IMG/VR virus record: IMGVR_UViG_3300027917_000041
Span: 8,451-72,450 of that record
Direction: 5' to 3' (one strand)
Source of the DNA: a virus
DNA length: 64,000 nucleotides
The position numbers and the translations under genes are program-made. This document shows, piece by piece, positions 1 to 8,568 of this stretch. Position 1 is the first letter of the stretch. Each line of letters starts with the position of its first letter. The notes under the pieces were generated by a model. The model saw only the letters and a list, made by a program, of their open reading frames with translations. It had not been told where the DNA came from and did not search any database.

Positions 1-370
1 TGGGTATTTGTATACGCTCAGGATACCATTTGTATTCATCATCCTTAGCATAGAATAAAATATCGTCATGTTTTCGTGGAAATGCTCTCTTTGGTACTCC
101 ACCCCATTCCTGAATGTAAATCAAGTGGTTAATGAAGTTTTCTTCTCCAAAGATTTTATCGCAAAACAACTTCATGACGTATACTGAATGATAATCAGTT
201 TGTACAAAAAATACGCCGTTGGGTTTCAGTATCTTGTATGCCGCGGCAATCCAATTGAAGTCTAATTCCTCATAGATACAGTCAGCATAAATAGCATCAA
301 CATATACAGCGTCCATCCATAGCTTGTTCATAACTACTCTATTATCGCCTGAAAATAGCCTAACGCTCAT
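1..370 (-). CDS. Beta-class amino (N4-C/N6-A) DNA methyltransferase, truncated by window edge
   Basis: Not in ORF track; manual translation from ATG 370 gives MSVRLFSGDNRVVM...VDAIYADCIY...AYKILKPNGVFFVQTD...IFGEENFINHLI...FPRKHDDILFYAK, the N6_N4_Mtase N-terminal pattern (GD..., motif IV position, L.P.G, HD.ILFY.K). Motif IV reads DCIY instead of DPPY. Confidence 0.75.
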   Translation of the reverse strand, partial: MSVRLFSGDNRVVMNKLWMDAVYVDAIYADCIYEELDFNWIAAAYKILKPNGVFFVQTDYHSVYVMKLFCDKIFGEENFINHLIYIQEWGGVPKRAFPRKHDDILFYAKDDEYKWYPERIQIP

Positions 371-780
371 TTTATTATATCCACAACCTTTACCAGTTCG
401 TCAGCAAGCCAACGACCTTCTATCTTGTAGTAGCAACCACTCCAAAAACTAAACTTACTCTCTAAGCTCATTTGAATACCAGCGTCATGACATGCTTTTA
501 TAGAAACTAACCAAGGTACTCTAACAAGTAAAAAAGCTAATATTAAAAACGCACCAATCATAAAAAGGGTTGGTGCTATCCACCCATGACGTTCCAAAAA
601 TGAATACTCGTCGCTATGCCAAAGTTCATTTTCTTTAGTACCTTTACCACAGTATTTGCATTTACCAAATGTACGTACTTCAGCATGTCCGTGATATTTT
701 TTAGCGTCCTCTACTACATACTTTTCTTGTATTACGTAATGTCCGTTCCACCAACACTTAAACCTTATTAGCCAGTCCAT
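367..780 (-). CDS. Hypothetical membrane protein
   Basis: ORF with one hydrophobic segment (WIAPTLFMIGAFLILAFLLVRVPWLV); ATGA overlap with the next gene. Confidence 0.6.
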   Translation of the reverse strand: MDWLIRFKCWWNGHYVIQEKYVVEDAKKYHGHAEVRTFGKCKYCGKGTKENELWHSDEYSFLERHGWIAPTLFMIGAFLILAFLLVRVPWLVSIKACHDAGIQMSLESKFSFWSGCYYKIEGRWLADELVKVVDIIK

Positions 781-935
781 TCTTCCTCCAAATTTTCCAT
801 ATGATCTATTTGCATATCACCAGCAAAACTAGCTTGACAATTATCACATGTAATTACTAATGATATCCATTCACCTGAAATATCTATATAAGCTAATTCC
901 AAATCACCAGCTTCGCATACAGGACAGTTATTCAT
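768..935 (-). CDS. Small zinc-ribbon protein (55 aa)
   Basis: Manual translation MNNCPVCEAG...ITCDNCQAS...; CxxC...CxxC; fills the gap between neighbouring genes with overlaps. Confidence 0.6.
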   Translation of the reverse strand: MNNCPVCEAGDLELAYIDISGEWISLVITCDNCQASFAGDMQIDHMENLEEEWTG

Positions 936-1159
936 TTTAACTCCTCGAAATCAACTGTAATGGTTGCTTTTACAACACAAGCATTTTCTGGCATATAGTC
1001 GGGATACAGTTTAGTAATAGCTATCTCTGCACTTTTTTTATCCATATAAGGTGTGCCTCTAAAACGATGAACTTCCCAATTTTTTTGACTTGAGTTGAAA
1101 AATAAAATCCAACCATTTTTTGCCCTATATCCAACATACCACTTTATTTCGGTTTCCAT
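932..1159 (-). CDS. Hypothetical protein
   Basis: ORF track; packed in operon. Confidence 0.55.
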   Translation of the reverse strand: METEIKWYVGYRAKNGWILFFNSSQKNWEVHRFRGTPYMDKKSAEIAITKLYPDYMPENACVVKATITVDFEELK

Positions 1160-1467
1160 AATCTGTCCTCCAATCGTAGTACCACCTGTAGCTTATTAGG
1201 GTGTCCACTTGATTTAGCTACCCTAAAATCGTAATCAGAGAAGAATATTTCTAAATAGTCTAAAAACCATTTGAAATCTTTATTTAATGTTACTTCATTA
1301 TGTATACACTCAAACTCTAGTGAGCAACTATTATCATCTTTAAGAATGATGAAGTCTTTCCAATCTTCAAAGAAACCATCCTTAACTTTTTTATCAAACC
1401 ATTCCCTAAACGTCTCCGTTTCTGGCATTTTCCTTTTCCTTTCGTTTCTTACGTAACAGTTCATCAC
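1144..1467 (-). CDS. Hypothetical protein (true start probably MPETET)
   Basis: ORF track; packed in operon. Confidence 0.55.
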   Translation of the reverse strand: MMNCYVRNERKRKMPETETFREWFDKKVKDGFFEDWKDFIILKDDNSCSLEFECIHNEVTLNKDFKWFLDYLEIFFSDYDFRVAKSSGHPNKLQVVLRLEDRLWKPK

Positions 1468-1579
1468 GGCGTTTACGCTGTATTTCCTGAATTAGAAATA
1501 CGCTATCACCATCACGCCCATGCTTACGCTTATTTTTTCTTTTTCTATCTCGCCTTTCGGCTTTATATATGTTAGGCAT
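1406..1579 (-). CDS. Small Arg/Lys-rich protein (57 aa), probably leaderless
   Basis: Manual translation MPNIYKAERRDRKRKNKRKHGRDGDSVFLIQEIQRKRRDELLRKKRKEKENARNGDV; ATG lies 6 nt after a consensus -10. Confidence 0.55.
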   Translation of the reverse strand: MPNIYKAERRDRKRKNKRKHGRDGDSVFLIQEIQRKRRDELLRKKRKEKENARNGDV

Positions 1580-1585
1580 GTCTGC

Positions 1586-1614
1586 ATTATACCATATTTT
1601 TAGTTATTTGTCAA
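1586..1614 (-). promoter_or_regulatory. sigma70/sigmaA-type promoter
   Basis: TTGACA-N17-TATAAT with extended TG (CTTGACAAATAACTAAAAATATGGTATAAT). Confidence 0.85.
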
Positions 1615-1859
1615 GTCTTTTTTCTAGCAGCTTTTAAATTACCTAAGCGAAATGTAGCAGAACCTAGAATTCTACTTCCGGTTACTTCAAAGTGCATAGC
1701 TGCCACATCAACCAATTCCCCTACAGTATAAATACAGTCATGAGGTAAATCTAAGACACTAGCAATATCATTTACTGCTTGGTCATAAGTAAGTACCTCA
1801 AGACTGTCTTTATTTTCCATCCAATCCATCCTTCGTATAGGAAATTCAATTTCTATCAT
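1611..1859 (-). CDS. Hypothetical protein
   Basis: ORF with AGGAG RBS. Confidence 0.6.
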   Translation of the reverse strand: MIEIEFPIRRMDWMENKDSLEVLTYDQAVNDIASVLDLPHDCIYTVGELVDVAAMHFEVTGSRILGSATFRLGNLKAARKKT

Positions 1860-1861
1860 TA

Positions 1862-2164
1862 TTACTCCTGCGGAAACAAATCGTTTACCGCTGTCATCAC
1901 TTCGAGTAATCGTACAAAATCAGCCCAACTAAGCGTCATATCCTCAGAACCAACCACTAGATTGAAAGTCAATTCATGGCTATACCTCTCCACCAGCCCA
2001 AACTCGTCCATGTTGTCATTTTTCTCATAGGCTAATACTCGAACATGATCCTTTTGAATTAGTAATACACCTTTATGTGTCATTTTTTCCACTATCTTTA
2101 CTCCTATCAATAGATTTCCAAGGTTTCTTACGTCTATTATACAGTAATTCTTGGGTATTGTCAA
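1862..2164 (-). CDS. Hypothetical protein
   Basis: ORF track. Confidence 0.5.
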   Translation of the reverse strand: MTIPKNYCIIDVRNLGNLLIGVKIVEKMTHKGVLLIQKDHVRVLAYEKNDNMDEFGLVERYSHELTFNLVVGSEDMTLSWADFVRLLEVMTAVNDLFPQE

Positions 2165-2294
2165 CCAATGTTAGCTCCCCACCCGGAATTCGGACATATG
2201 TCTTTTGACATAGATCACACCAAAGAAAGGGTACTCCACCTTCGGGTTTGTAAGTCATACAACCTTTACATGTAGGACATTTTTTAGTAATCAT
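2073..2294 (-). CDS. Small zinc-finger protein
   Basis: MITKKCPTCKGC...WCDLCQK; CxxC...CxxC; start inferred at ATG 2294. Confidence 0.5.
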   Translation of the reverse strand: MITKKCPTCKGCMTYKPEGGVPFLWCDLCQKTYVRIPGGELTLVDNTQELLYNRRKKPWKSIDRSKDSGKNDT

Positions 2295-2452
2295 GACAAT
2301 CAGGATAGGTTTCATCGGGTGGAGTTTCCCCCACCCTTTGTATGAAACCATTTCTATATAAGAAATACTCTGCAATATTTATTGAGAACCAAGTTTTGCA
2401 AATTAAAAACCCCGCAATTAAACTTGCAATCGCTAAAATAATAACTTGAGTA

Positions 2453-3211
2453 TTATCCATTTAGCTTTCTCCTACCAAAGTTAGCCGCAAATGCTAGGAA
2501 TGTAAGTACAATTCCCAATACAGCAAACTGCATTAGCCCAAAGCCTTCGTCAAAGAAACCAGTTTTAGGTAACTCTTGTGGAGGCGTTGGAGTTGGCTTT
2601 TTCTTCTCTGGTGGGTTTGTAGGTGTCTCCGATGGCTCATTTGTCTGTGTTGGTGTCGTAGTAGGAGAGTCTGTCGGAGCTGGTGTCTCCGTAACCTCGG
2701 GCGTGTTTGTAGGTTTAGGAGTTGGTGTCCAAGTTTCCTCGGGATTTTCAGTAGGAGTGGGTGTCTCCGATGGTTCATTTGTTGGTGTTGGTGTTGGTGG
2801 AACTGGTGTTTCTGTAGGAGTTTCCGTTGGAACTTCTGTAGGAGTTTCCGTTGGAACTTCTGTAGCTGTTGGCGTAATCGGTGTAGCTGTTGGTGTGACA
2901 CCTAGTGGCTTAAACTTAGCCTCCAAATGTGAAATCTGCTGACAGGTAGGGCTAGGGTATCCAGTCAAACTTACAGACGCTTTTGTTCTAGCCCCATTAA
3001 AGTTAGCAGTGTAGCAACCATCTGTACCACTTTCAGTAAAGCCAAAACAACCTTGTCCAGCTTTTACCCATATCTTTTGTATTGTGTAGCCATCTGGGGC
3101 TAATGCTGGATTGCCTACATGCTCACCACCGCAGTGACTAGCTTCAGCTTCACCAAATGCCACCCCAAGAAACGCTATTACTAGTAAACTTGCTATTAAT
3201 AGTTTCTTCAT
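2453..3211 (-). CDS. Secreted Pro/Thr-rich surface protein with LPXTG sortase signal
   Basis: N-terminal signal peptide (MKKLLIASLLVIAFLGVAFGEAEA), small Cys-containing domain, about 110-aa PT/TE repeat stalk, LPKTG, hydrophobic TM, basic tail RRK. Confidence 0.85.
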   Translation of the reverse strand: MKKLLIASLLVIAFLGVAFGEAEASHCGGEHVGNPALAPDGYTIQKIWVKAGQGCFGFTESGTDGCYTANFNGARTKASVSLTGYPSPTCQQISHLEAKFKPLGVTPTATPITPTATEVPTETPTEVPTETPTETPVPPTPTPTNEPSETPTPTENPEETWTPTPKPTNTPEVTETPAPTDSPTTTPTQTNEPSETPTNPPEKKKPTPTPPQELPKTGFFDEGFGLMQFAVLGIVLTFLAFAANFGRRKLNG

Positions 3212-3305
3212 TTTTATCCTCTTTTCTAAAGGGGGGAGAGAAAGCTAGTACTCGGTTTAACGTGTTAGGCTCTCCGACTTCTATAACCGCCTCTCCCCGT
3301 TTAAA

Positions 3306-3644
3306 TTATCCTCCAACTTCCTCGTTTTTAAGCCCTCTAGCATAATCCTTCAAAGGCTGTAGACCTGCATTATACCCAACCAATGAGATTAGGGATGCAA
3401 GAAAGACTTGGAGAATTGAACGACCCCAACCTAGCCAATCGGCAGGTAGGGCAAAACCCTCGAATCCTAGTAATGCCAATAGAGGCACTACAAGAATATT
3501 CAGTACCGGAAGTGCTACTACATAAAACTTAGCAGGGAAATCAAATTCGGGATTCTTCAAAATCCAATTACGAAGAACCCACTTAGCACCCTCCAAAAGT
3601 AAAATAGAAACACCACCAGCAGTAACTAAAGTCAAACTATCCAT
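3306..3644 (-). CDS. Small multi-pass membrane protein (holin-like topology)
   Basis: Three hydrophobic segments, charged C-terminus. Confidence 0.55.
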   Translation of the reverse strand: MDSLTLVTAGGVSILLLEGAKWVLRNWILKNPEFDFPAKFYVVALPVLNILVVPLLALLGFEGFALPADWLGWGRSILQVFLASLISLVGYNAGLQPLKDYARGLKNEEVGG

Positions 3645-3646
3645 TA

Positions 3647-4264
3647 TTAAACCTCCGTCTTTTCAAATACGTTGTTAACAACTAATCTAGCAGACATCTT
3701 GAGAGTTTCCAGACTACCCTCGTTGTCAATGAGTATGTCGAAATCTTCATAATCATCTAATTCAACTTCGGATATATCCAGAGCTTCGGGTGTGCCAGCT
3801 AGAATTTCCCGGCTAGGTGCAACTATCCTTACGGTATAAATTCGCCTAGCTAGATTATTGTGTTCTTTTATAAAAGTAACTTCATTCTTAAAACGCCAAT
3901 CATCGATAAAGGCATATTTTAATCTGCCCTGAAAATGATAATTAGTATCTTCAATACCCTTCCAAGCTTTAGCAATCCAAACGTCAGGATTGTATGCTCT
4001 ACCTACCTGTCCCACACTTTGTAATAAACGTCTACCAGCTACGTCTTTTTGACCGTCCCAACCCATAGTTGAAGCTACGGATTTAACACCTAAAGCAATC
4101 GGCATAGTCATTATGATCATATCTGGATTATCTTCTTTTACCACTTCGCCTAGAAGCTGTGCAAACGTAGTCTTACCTACGCCAGCATGTCCAGAAATCA
4201 TAACTATAGCTGGTCTTGTCTCACCCCATTCTTGTGTGAGTGTATCTAAAAACGTATTCTCCAT
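3647..4264 (-). CDS. Deoxynucleoside-monophosphate kinase-like P-loop kinase
   Basis: SGHAGVGKTT Walker A; GRRLLQ.VG..GR; IDDWRFKNE; SE..LD motifs of phage dNMP kinases. Confidence 0.8.
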   Translation of the reverse strand: MENTFLDTLTQEWGETRPAIVMISGHAGVGKTTFAQLLGEVVKEDNPDMIIMTMPIALGVKSVASTMGWDGQKDVAGRRLLQSVGQVGRAYNPDVWIAKAWKGIEDTNYHFQGRLKYAFIDDWRFKNEVTFIKEHNNLARRIYTVRIVAPSREILAGTPEALDISEVELDDYEDFDILIDNEGSLETLKMSARLVVNNVFEKTEV

Positions 4265-4278
4265 GTAATGTTCCTTTC

Positions 4279-4476
4279 CTATTCAGTGTAGTATTCTTCT
4301 AAAATACCTTTTAGTACCTCTGGACTCATATAACCTAATTTCAATAAATCCAATAGAATATTAGCCAAAGTTGGAATAGAAATAACTATTCCGGTTGTAG
4401 ACGCTATAAATGTGCGTTCACCTTTATTCTTCTGGATTGAAACAGAATTTAGACCGTGTAATTTAATTATCCTCAT
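4279..4476 (-). CDS. Hypothetical protein
   Basis: Start inferred at MRIIKLHG after GGAAGG RBS. Confidence 0.5.
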   Translation of the reverse strand: MRIIKLHGLNSVSIQKNKGERTFIASTTGIVISIPTLANILLDLLKLGYMSPEVLKGILEEYYTE

Positions 4477-4477
4477 T

Positions 4478-5179
4478 TTAGCCTTCCTTTTCAATACTCT
4501 TATAGTGCCATTCTGGATATTCTTCGCCAACAACCGGAAATGGAAACGCTGACGTTGCTACGGGTTTGGGTATGTTATCCCATTCCCAATGTAACCAGTC
4601 CAATTGAGGTCTACCATCAAAACCATTTTTCCAGATAAAAATACCATAAGCCGTATCATCTGTTTTTCTATCACCTGTGAAGCTAATACGTCTAGTGGAC
4701 ACGAATACTTTATAAATCGGTGAATGCGTCCATAAAGTCTTATAACGCTTTAAACTTTCAAGCATAGCCAAACGTAATAAGAATACTAATTGCCCATTTG
4801 GAGCTAACAATTCTAAACTTTTATCAATAAACTCGTGTGCTACTTTGTAAGGCGGATTCCCCATGATAAGATCATAGCGATTTTCGGTTTCCCATTCTAA
4901 ATAATCGGCAAAATGCCATTCATTATATAGATTGTGGAACTCTGTATGATCTACAAATTCATGTGGCGGTTGGATTTCGACACCTGTAATGTGTGCCACA
5001 GGGTTATAAATTCTAAGTGCTTTAGCCCAAATTCCAGAACCAGCACCGGGATCGAGAGCGTACCTTACATGTCCAACATCACAAGGTATATTATACATTG
5101 TAGTAGCTGCGACTTCGAGAGGCGTTTCATAGAAATCATGTTCCCGCCTCTCTCTGCCGTTTTCTTTTATTATTGTCAT
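4478..5179 (-). CDS. N6-adenine DNA methyltransferase (gamma class)
   Basis: DFYETP, motif I LDPGAGSG, motif IV GNPPY. Confidence 0.9.
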   Translation of the reverse strand: MTIIKENGRERREHDFYETPLEVAATTMYNIPCDVGHVRYALDPGAGSGIWAKALRIYNPVAHITGVEIQPPHEFVDHTEFHNLYNEWHFADYLEWETENRYDLIMGNPPYKVAHEFIDKSLELLAPNGQLVFLLRLAMLESLKRYKTLWTHSPIYKVFVSTRRISFTGDRKTDDTAYGIFIWKNGFDGRPQLDWLHWEWDNIPKPVATSAFPFPVVGEEYPEWHYKSIEKEG

Positions 5180-5478
5180 TAGTTTAGTAGCTCACCACCA
5201 ATACCGATGATTGGTTCTTCATCCAGTTCACTGAAAAGGTCGTGATTCCGTGCTACTAAATACCCTTCCATGGATAGAAATACCTCAGCCAATGCAACAT
5301 CAAGAGTCTTAGCACTAGCACTCATTGTTACTGTTTTGGATTCCCATTCACTTTCGTTATCTACTCTACGACTCTGTACAAGATTTTGACTGACTTTCCA
5401 AAATCCAGTAGATTCTAGTTTAGCGTTTAGTTCACTGGATTGTTTCACTTCGGTGAATTCTATCTCGTCCTTTGCCAT
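5179..5478 (-). CDS. Hypothetical protein
   Basis: Start inferred at MAKDEIEF after AGGAGA RBS. Confidence 0.55.
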   Translation of the reverse strand: MAKDEIEFTEVKQSSELNAKLESTGFWKVSQNLVQSRRVDNESEWESKTVTMSASAKTLDVALAEVFLSMEGYLVARNHDLFSELDEEPIIGIGGELLN

Positions 5479-5488
5479 TATTTTTCTC

Positions 5489-6184
5489 CTATATACTTGT
5501 TCTAATCCACTTACGGAAGGGCATAATCTTATCATGCAATGCCTCTAAGATTTCCACATCCGCTACGTTATGGTCAATAACTTTCTTTAAAGCTTTAGTA
5601 TTTCCATACTTAGCCATTCTCCAATCACGTCTTTCGATTGGTGTTTTACCGCTAATACCAAAATAGTCACAAGCATTGTCTAAGCTATTACGTGACAAGT
5701 GGAACTTATTTCGGATTGTGTAGTAAAGGTCATGGTGGTAATATGTACCATATGCAGGAAAATCCAAACCATAGTGTACAGCCTTAGCACGAATGAATGG
5801 TAAATCAAAACCTGTACCATAATATGTAACCCAAATCTTGTGCTTACTTAGTTCTTCAATACAAGCTTCCACCAAATCCTTATCTACAGCTTCTTCCCTA
5901 AATAGTTCTTTCTTGGTAATAACCCCGTAAGTTGTTATTCCGTCTTTTGGTCTAATAGCCCAACTTAACATCGTAGCCCAATCTACTTTCAGACCATCAG
6001 CTTCAATGTCAAAATAACAAAAGTTGTGTTCTGGATATGTCCACCAAGGCGTTCTAGTGATCCGTTCCCATTCCCTATCATTCTCAAAATCGAATTTTAC
6101 TTTCCCCTCAGCGAAACACTTAGGATGTTCTTCAAAAGTGTGACGGTGTATACATCTTACGTCTTTAGTACGTTGCTTTGTCAT
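5489..6184 (-). CDS. DnaQ/RNase H-fold 3'-5' exonuclease (RNase_H_2/YprB-like)
   Basis: ExoI FDIE, ExoII YYG..FDLPF, ExoIII HNVADV. Confidence 0.85.
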   Translation of the reverse strand: MTKQRTKDVRCIHRHTFEEHPKCFAEGKVKFDFENDREWERITRTPWWTYPEHNFCYFDIEADGLKVDWATMLSWAIRPKDGITTYGVITKKELFREEAVDKDLVEACIEELSKHKIWVTYYGTGFDLPFIRAKAVHYGLDFPAYGTYYHHDLYYTIRNKFHLSRNSLDNACDYFGISGKTPIERRDWRMAKYGNTKALKKVIDHNVADVEILEALHDKIMPFRKWIRTSI

Positions 6185-6704
6185 TTATTAATCTCCTAAT
6201 CCGAGTCCTGCGAGAATTTTGCATGTACCGTAATACCTTATTTCTTTGTTTTTCATCTAAATTGTATTTATCACTCATATACTTTAGGTATCCTGCATCG
6301 GTAAAGTGTCCTTGCAGCTCGTATGATATTTTATTACACGTAGTAGAAAACCTTCTTATCAATAAATTTACGTCGGTCTGCTCTCTATGTGCCATTTCAA
6401 CTAGGCTATCACCACTGGATAACACATTTAGTACTTCGATATCTAGTAGGTCTATTTCTTTTTGCTTATACAGTTCCTTCACAGCCTTTTCGACCATTAG
6501 AATATCATTAAACATGGGATTGTACAAATCAGTATCTATAAAAACCCTAACATGTGCATCTAAGCCTGACATACCGCCAACTTTATTCAGTATTCGTAAA
6601 GCGTCAGGACTTTCCCCATCGTCGGACTCAATTATAAATCCGTCACTAAACTGTTGTTTTATACGTTCTCTATCTAATACCAGTGATTCTACATACCAAG
6701 CCAT
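6165..6704 (-). CDS. Hypothetical protein, possibly DNA-binding/sigma-like
   Basis: ORF track; possible HTH-like segment (GDSLVEMAHREQTDVNLLIRRF). Confidence 0.5.
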   Translation of the reverse strand: MAWYVESLVLDRERIKQQFSDGFIIESDDGESPDALRILNKVGGMSGLDAHVRVFIDTDLYNPMFNDILMVEKAVKELYKQKEIDLLDIEVLNVLSSGDSLVEMAHREQTDVNLLIRRFSTTCNKISYELQGHFTDAGYLKYMSDKYNLDEKQRNKVLRYMQNSRRTRIRRLINDKATY

Positions 6705-6712
6705 AGTGTTTC

Positions 6713-7447
6713 TTAGAACCTCACATCCTCTACTTCTTCATCTTCCTCTCTAATGAGGTCTAAACCAGTATCTTTATCACACAGATGACTAAATGAACAG
6801 TTCTTGCAAGCATTCCATGTATAAAAACCATTTCTAGGAAAGCTACCCCGTTCAATAGCTTCAAGCATATCGGGTATCACTTCGTTGTACAATGTATCCG
6901 TATAGACTTGATTAGGTTCGTAAATGCTTAGCTTGCCTGTGGGCAATGTTGCTAAGACAGCCTTCGGGTAAACTCCGTATTCCGTAAAATAGGAGTTATA
7001 ATACAAAATCATCTGAGTGTCAGCGGACAGGTTTTGTGGTGTCCATTTACCTGTTTTCCAGTCGATAATAGTATGCTCAGGGGTAATGCGGTCGTACTTC
7101 CCTGAGATATAAATACCTTTATCGTATTCAACCTTAAAGAATTTCTCCGTAATATCTTCAGCACTCGCTAGATGCTTAAAATTCTTAAAATAGCTCTGGA
7201 TATCGGTAAGTACTTTGCCTTTCCATTGCTCTGTCAGCTTCCAGACTTCCGATTGGGCAATACCGTACTTAATTGCTTTATCATGGTCATTCCAGAACTT
7301 CTCTAATGCATTGTGGACTATGATACCTACCGTCATGTACACACTACTTTTAGCTTGCTTATTAAAGTTCAAGCGATAATAGTAACGCTTTCGACATGAG
7401 ATAAAATCATCAATAGCCGACTTACTTAAGTAAAGTGGTCGTTTCAT
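6713..7447 (-). CDS. PD-(D/E)XK Cas4/RecB-like exonuclease
   Basis: LSKS.I..F..C...YY, G..VH.ALE, GKYDRI, IIDWKTG, Q...Y, C-terminal C..C....LC. Confidence 0.9.
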   Translation of the reverse strand: MKRPLYLSKSAIDDFISCRKRYYYRLNFNKQAKSSVYMTVGIIVHNALEKFWNDHDKAIKYGIAQSEVWKLTEQWKGKVLTDIQSYFKNFKHLASAEDITEKFFKVEYDKGIYISGKYDRITPEHTIIDWKTGKWTPQNLSADTQMILYYNSYFTEYGVYPKAVLATLPTGKLSIYEPNQVYTDTLYNEVIPDMLEAIERGSFPRNGFYTWNACKNCSFSHLCDKDTGLDLIREEDEEVEDVRF

Positions 7448-7806
7448 GATAGCGTCAACCTTTTATTAGCCTCGACTGTACGCCAAACATCTACCATTGA
7501 TTGTGAAATAGCCAGCTTTGCTTTCTCTTGGTCTAACACAGCTTCCTTCTCTGCTAGTTCTTCACGCTTAGGTAGAATTTCATCATCAAAACCAGCGTAC
7601 TTATATGCGCCCTCAATCCTATTTACGGGCATTCCCTCTTCCACGCCGCGCCTTACTGCCTGTACTTCCATATGTTTGATAGTGATTTTAAGTTTTGATA
7701 CCTCTACTGCTAACCCTGCAATTTTATCAACTGCGTGCATCATTTCCTCAAAATCGGGTAATGCTATGTCAGTCATAGTATTCAATCTCCTCTCTAATAA
7801 CCTCAT
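7444..7806 (-). CDS. Hypothetical coiled-coil protein (UvsY-like placement; start probably MTDIAL)
   Basis: Helical, C-terminal DVWRT.EAN.R; lies in the recombination cluster. Confidence 0.5.
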   Translation of the reverse strand: MRLLERRLNTMTDIALPDFEEMMHAVDKIAGLAVEVSKLKITIKHMEVQAVRRGVEEGMPVNRIEGAYKYAGFDDEILPKREELAEKEAVLDQEKAKLAISQSMVDVWRTVEANKRLTLS

Positions 7807-8155
7807 ATTTCTTACAAATTTTGTAAGATAGTCCTATTATATCATAATTTAGTAAGTTTGTCAAGCTCCAAATATTCATTTCGTACAATTCGTAGTTTCC
7901 CTGAGTCGTTTGATAAATACGCCACGGATTCAAATCTAAATCTATTAGCCACCCCTTGAAACCGTAATACTTAAACAAAATATCCTCTACAGCTTCTTCA
8001 CTTATATCGCTGAAATATGCTATTTTAGCGTTAGATAAACCGTGTACGCACAGCTTTAGTACGTTAAGTACGGAAATATAGTCTATAATTATCTCCGGTA
8101 TACTACTTTTTACGCTTATCCAATTTCTGATGTCTTTCCAGTGTTCGTTTTCCAT
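7769..8155 (-). CDS. Hypothetical protein, possible HTH
   Basis: GLSNAKIAYFSDISEEAV HTH-like segment. Confidence 0.5.
   Translation of the reverse strand: MENEHWKDIRNWISVKSSIPEIIIDYISVLNVLKLCVHGLSNAKIAYFSDISEEAVEDILFKYYGFKGWLIDLDLNPWRIYQTTQGNYELYEMNIWSLTNLLNYDIIGLSYKICKKYEVIREEIEYYD
7836..7864 (-). promoter_or_regulatory. Intragenic sigma70-type promoter
   Basis: CTTGACAAACTTACTAAATTATGATATAAT: TTGACA-N17-TATAAT with TG. Confidence 0.75.
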
Positions 8156-8568
8156 ATCGTTTTATCTAACTCATATTTTAAATCGTCAATGCGATTCATA
8201 ATTTCTGCAAATGCATCTATGTCCAACATCACGAATACTTGTGTACCGCTACGTGAACCTGAGAATTTACAGATTAATGCTGGAATAGAGTAGGTAGCTT
8301 CTGCCTCAGTTCGTATTTTGTCAAACCAAGCCTTCTGCACAGTCATTTGTTTAGCACCACCATACCCCACTTTGGCATCTAAACGAAAACCTTTGGGAAA
8401 TGCAGGAATGTTCTTACCAACAACATCACCCTGCAAAGTTGGTTCTTCAAGTATCGCACCCAAAGCTCCGCTACCTGCTACTCTTTTCCATTCACCGATA
8501 ACTTTTTCGTTCAATAACTTTGCCGCGTCACGTTCCCACTGTGAACCTTTGCGTTTTGAATTTACCAT
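8116..8568 (-). CDS. Holliday junction resolvase (Hjc-like PD-(D/E)XK)
   Basis: NSKRKGSQWERD, R...SGA, GDV, D.KVG pattern. Confidence 0.8.
   Translation of the reverse strand: MVNSKRKGSQWERDAAKLLNEKVIGEWKRVAGSGALGAILEEPTLQGDVVGKNIPAFPKGFRLDAKVGYGGAKQMTVQKAWFDKIRTEAEATYSIPALICKFSGSRSGTQVFVMLDIDAFAEIMNRIDDLKYELDKTIWKTNTGKTSEIG

Noticed and set aside
2533-2942. Overlapping Gln-, Trp/Cys- and Val/Gly-rich ORFs
   Set aside because: Alternate-frame shadows of the PT-repeat stalk.
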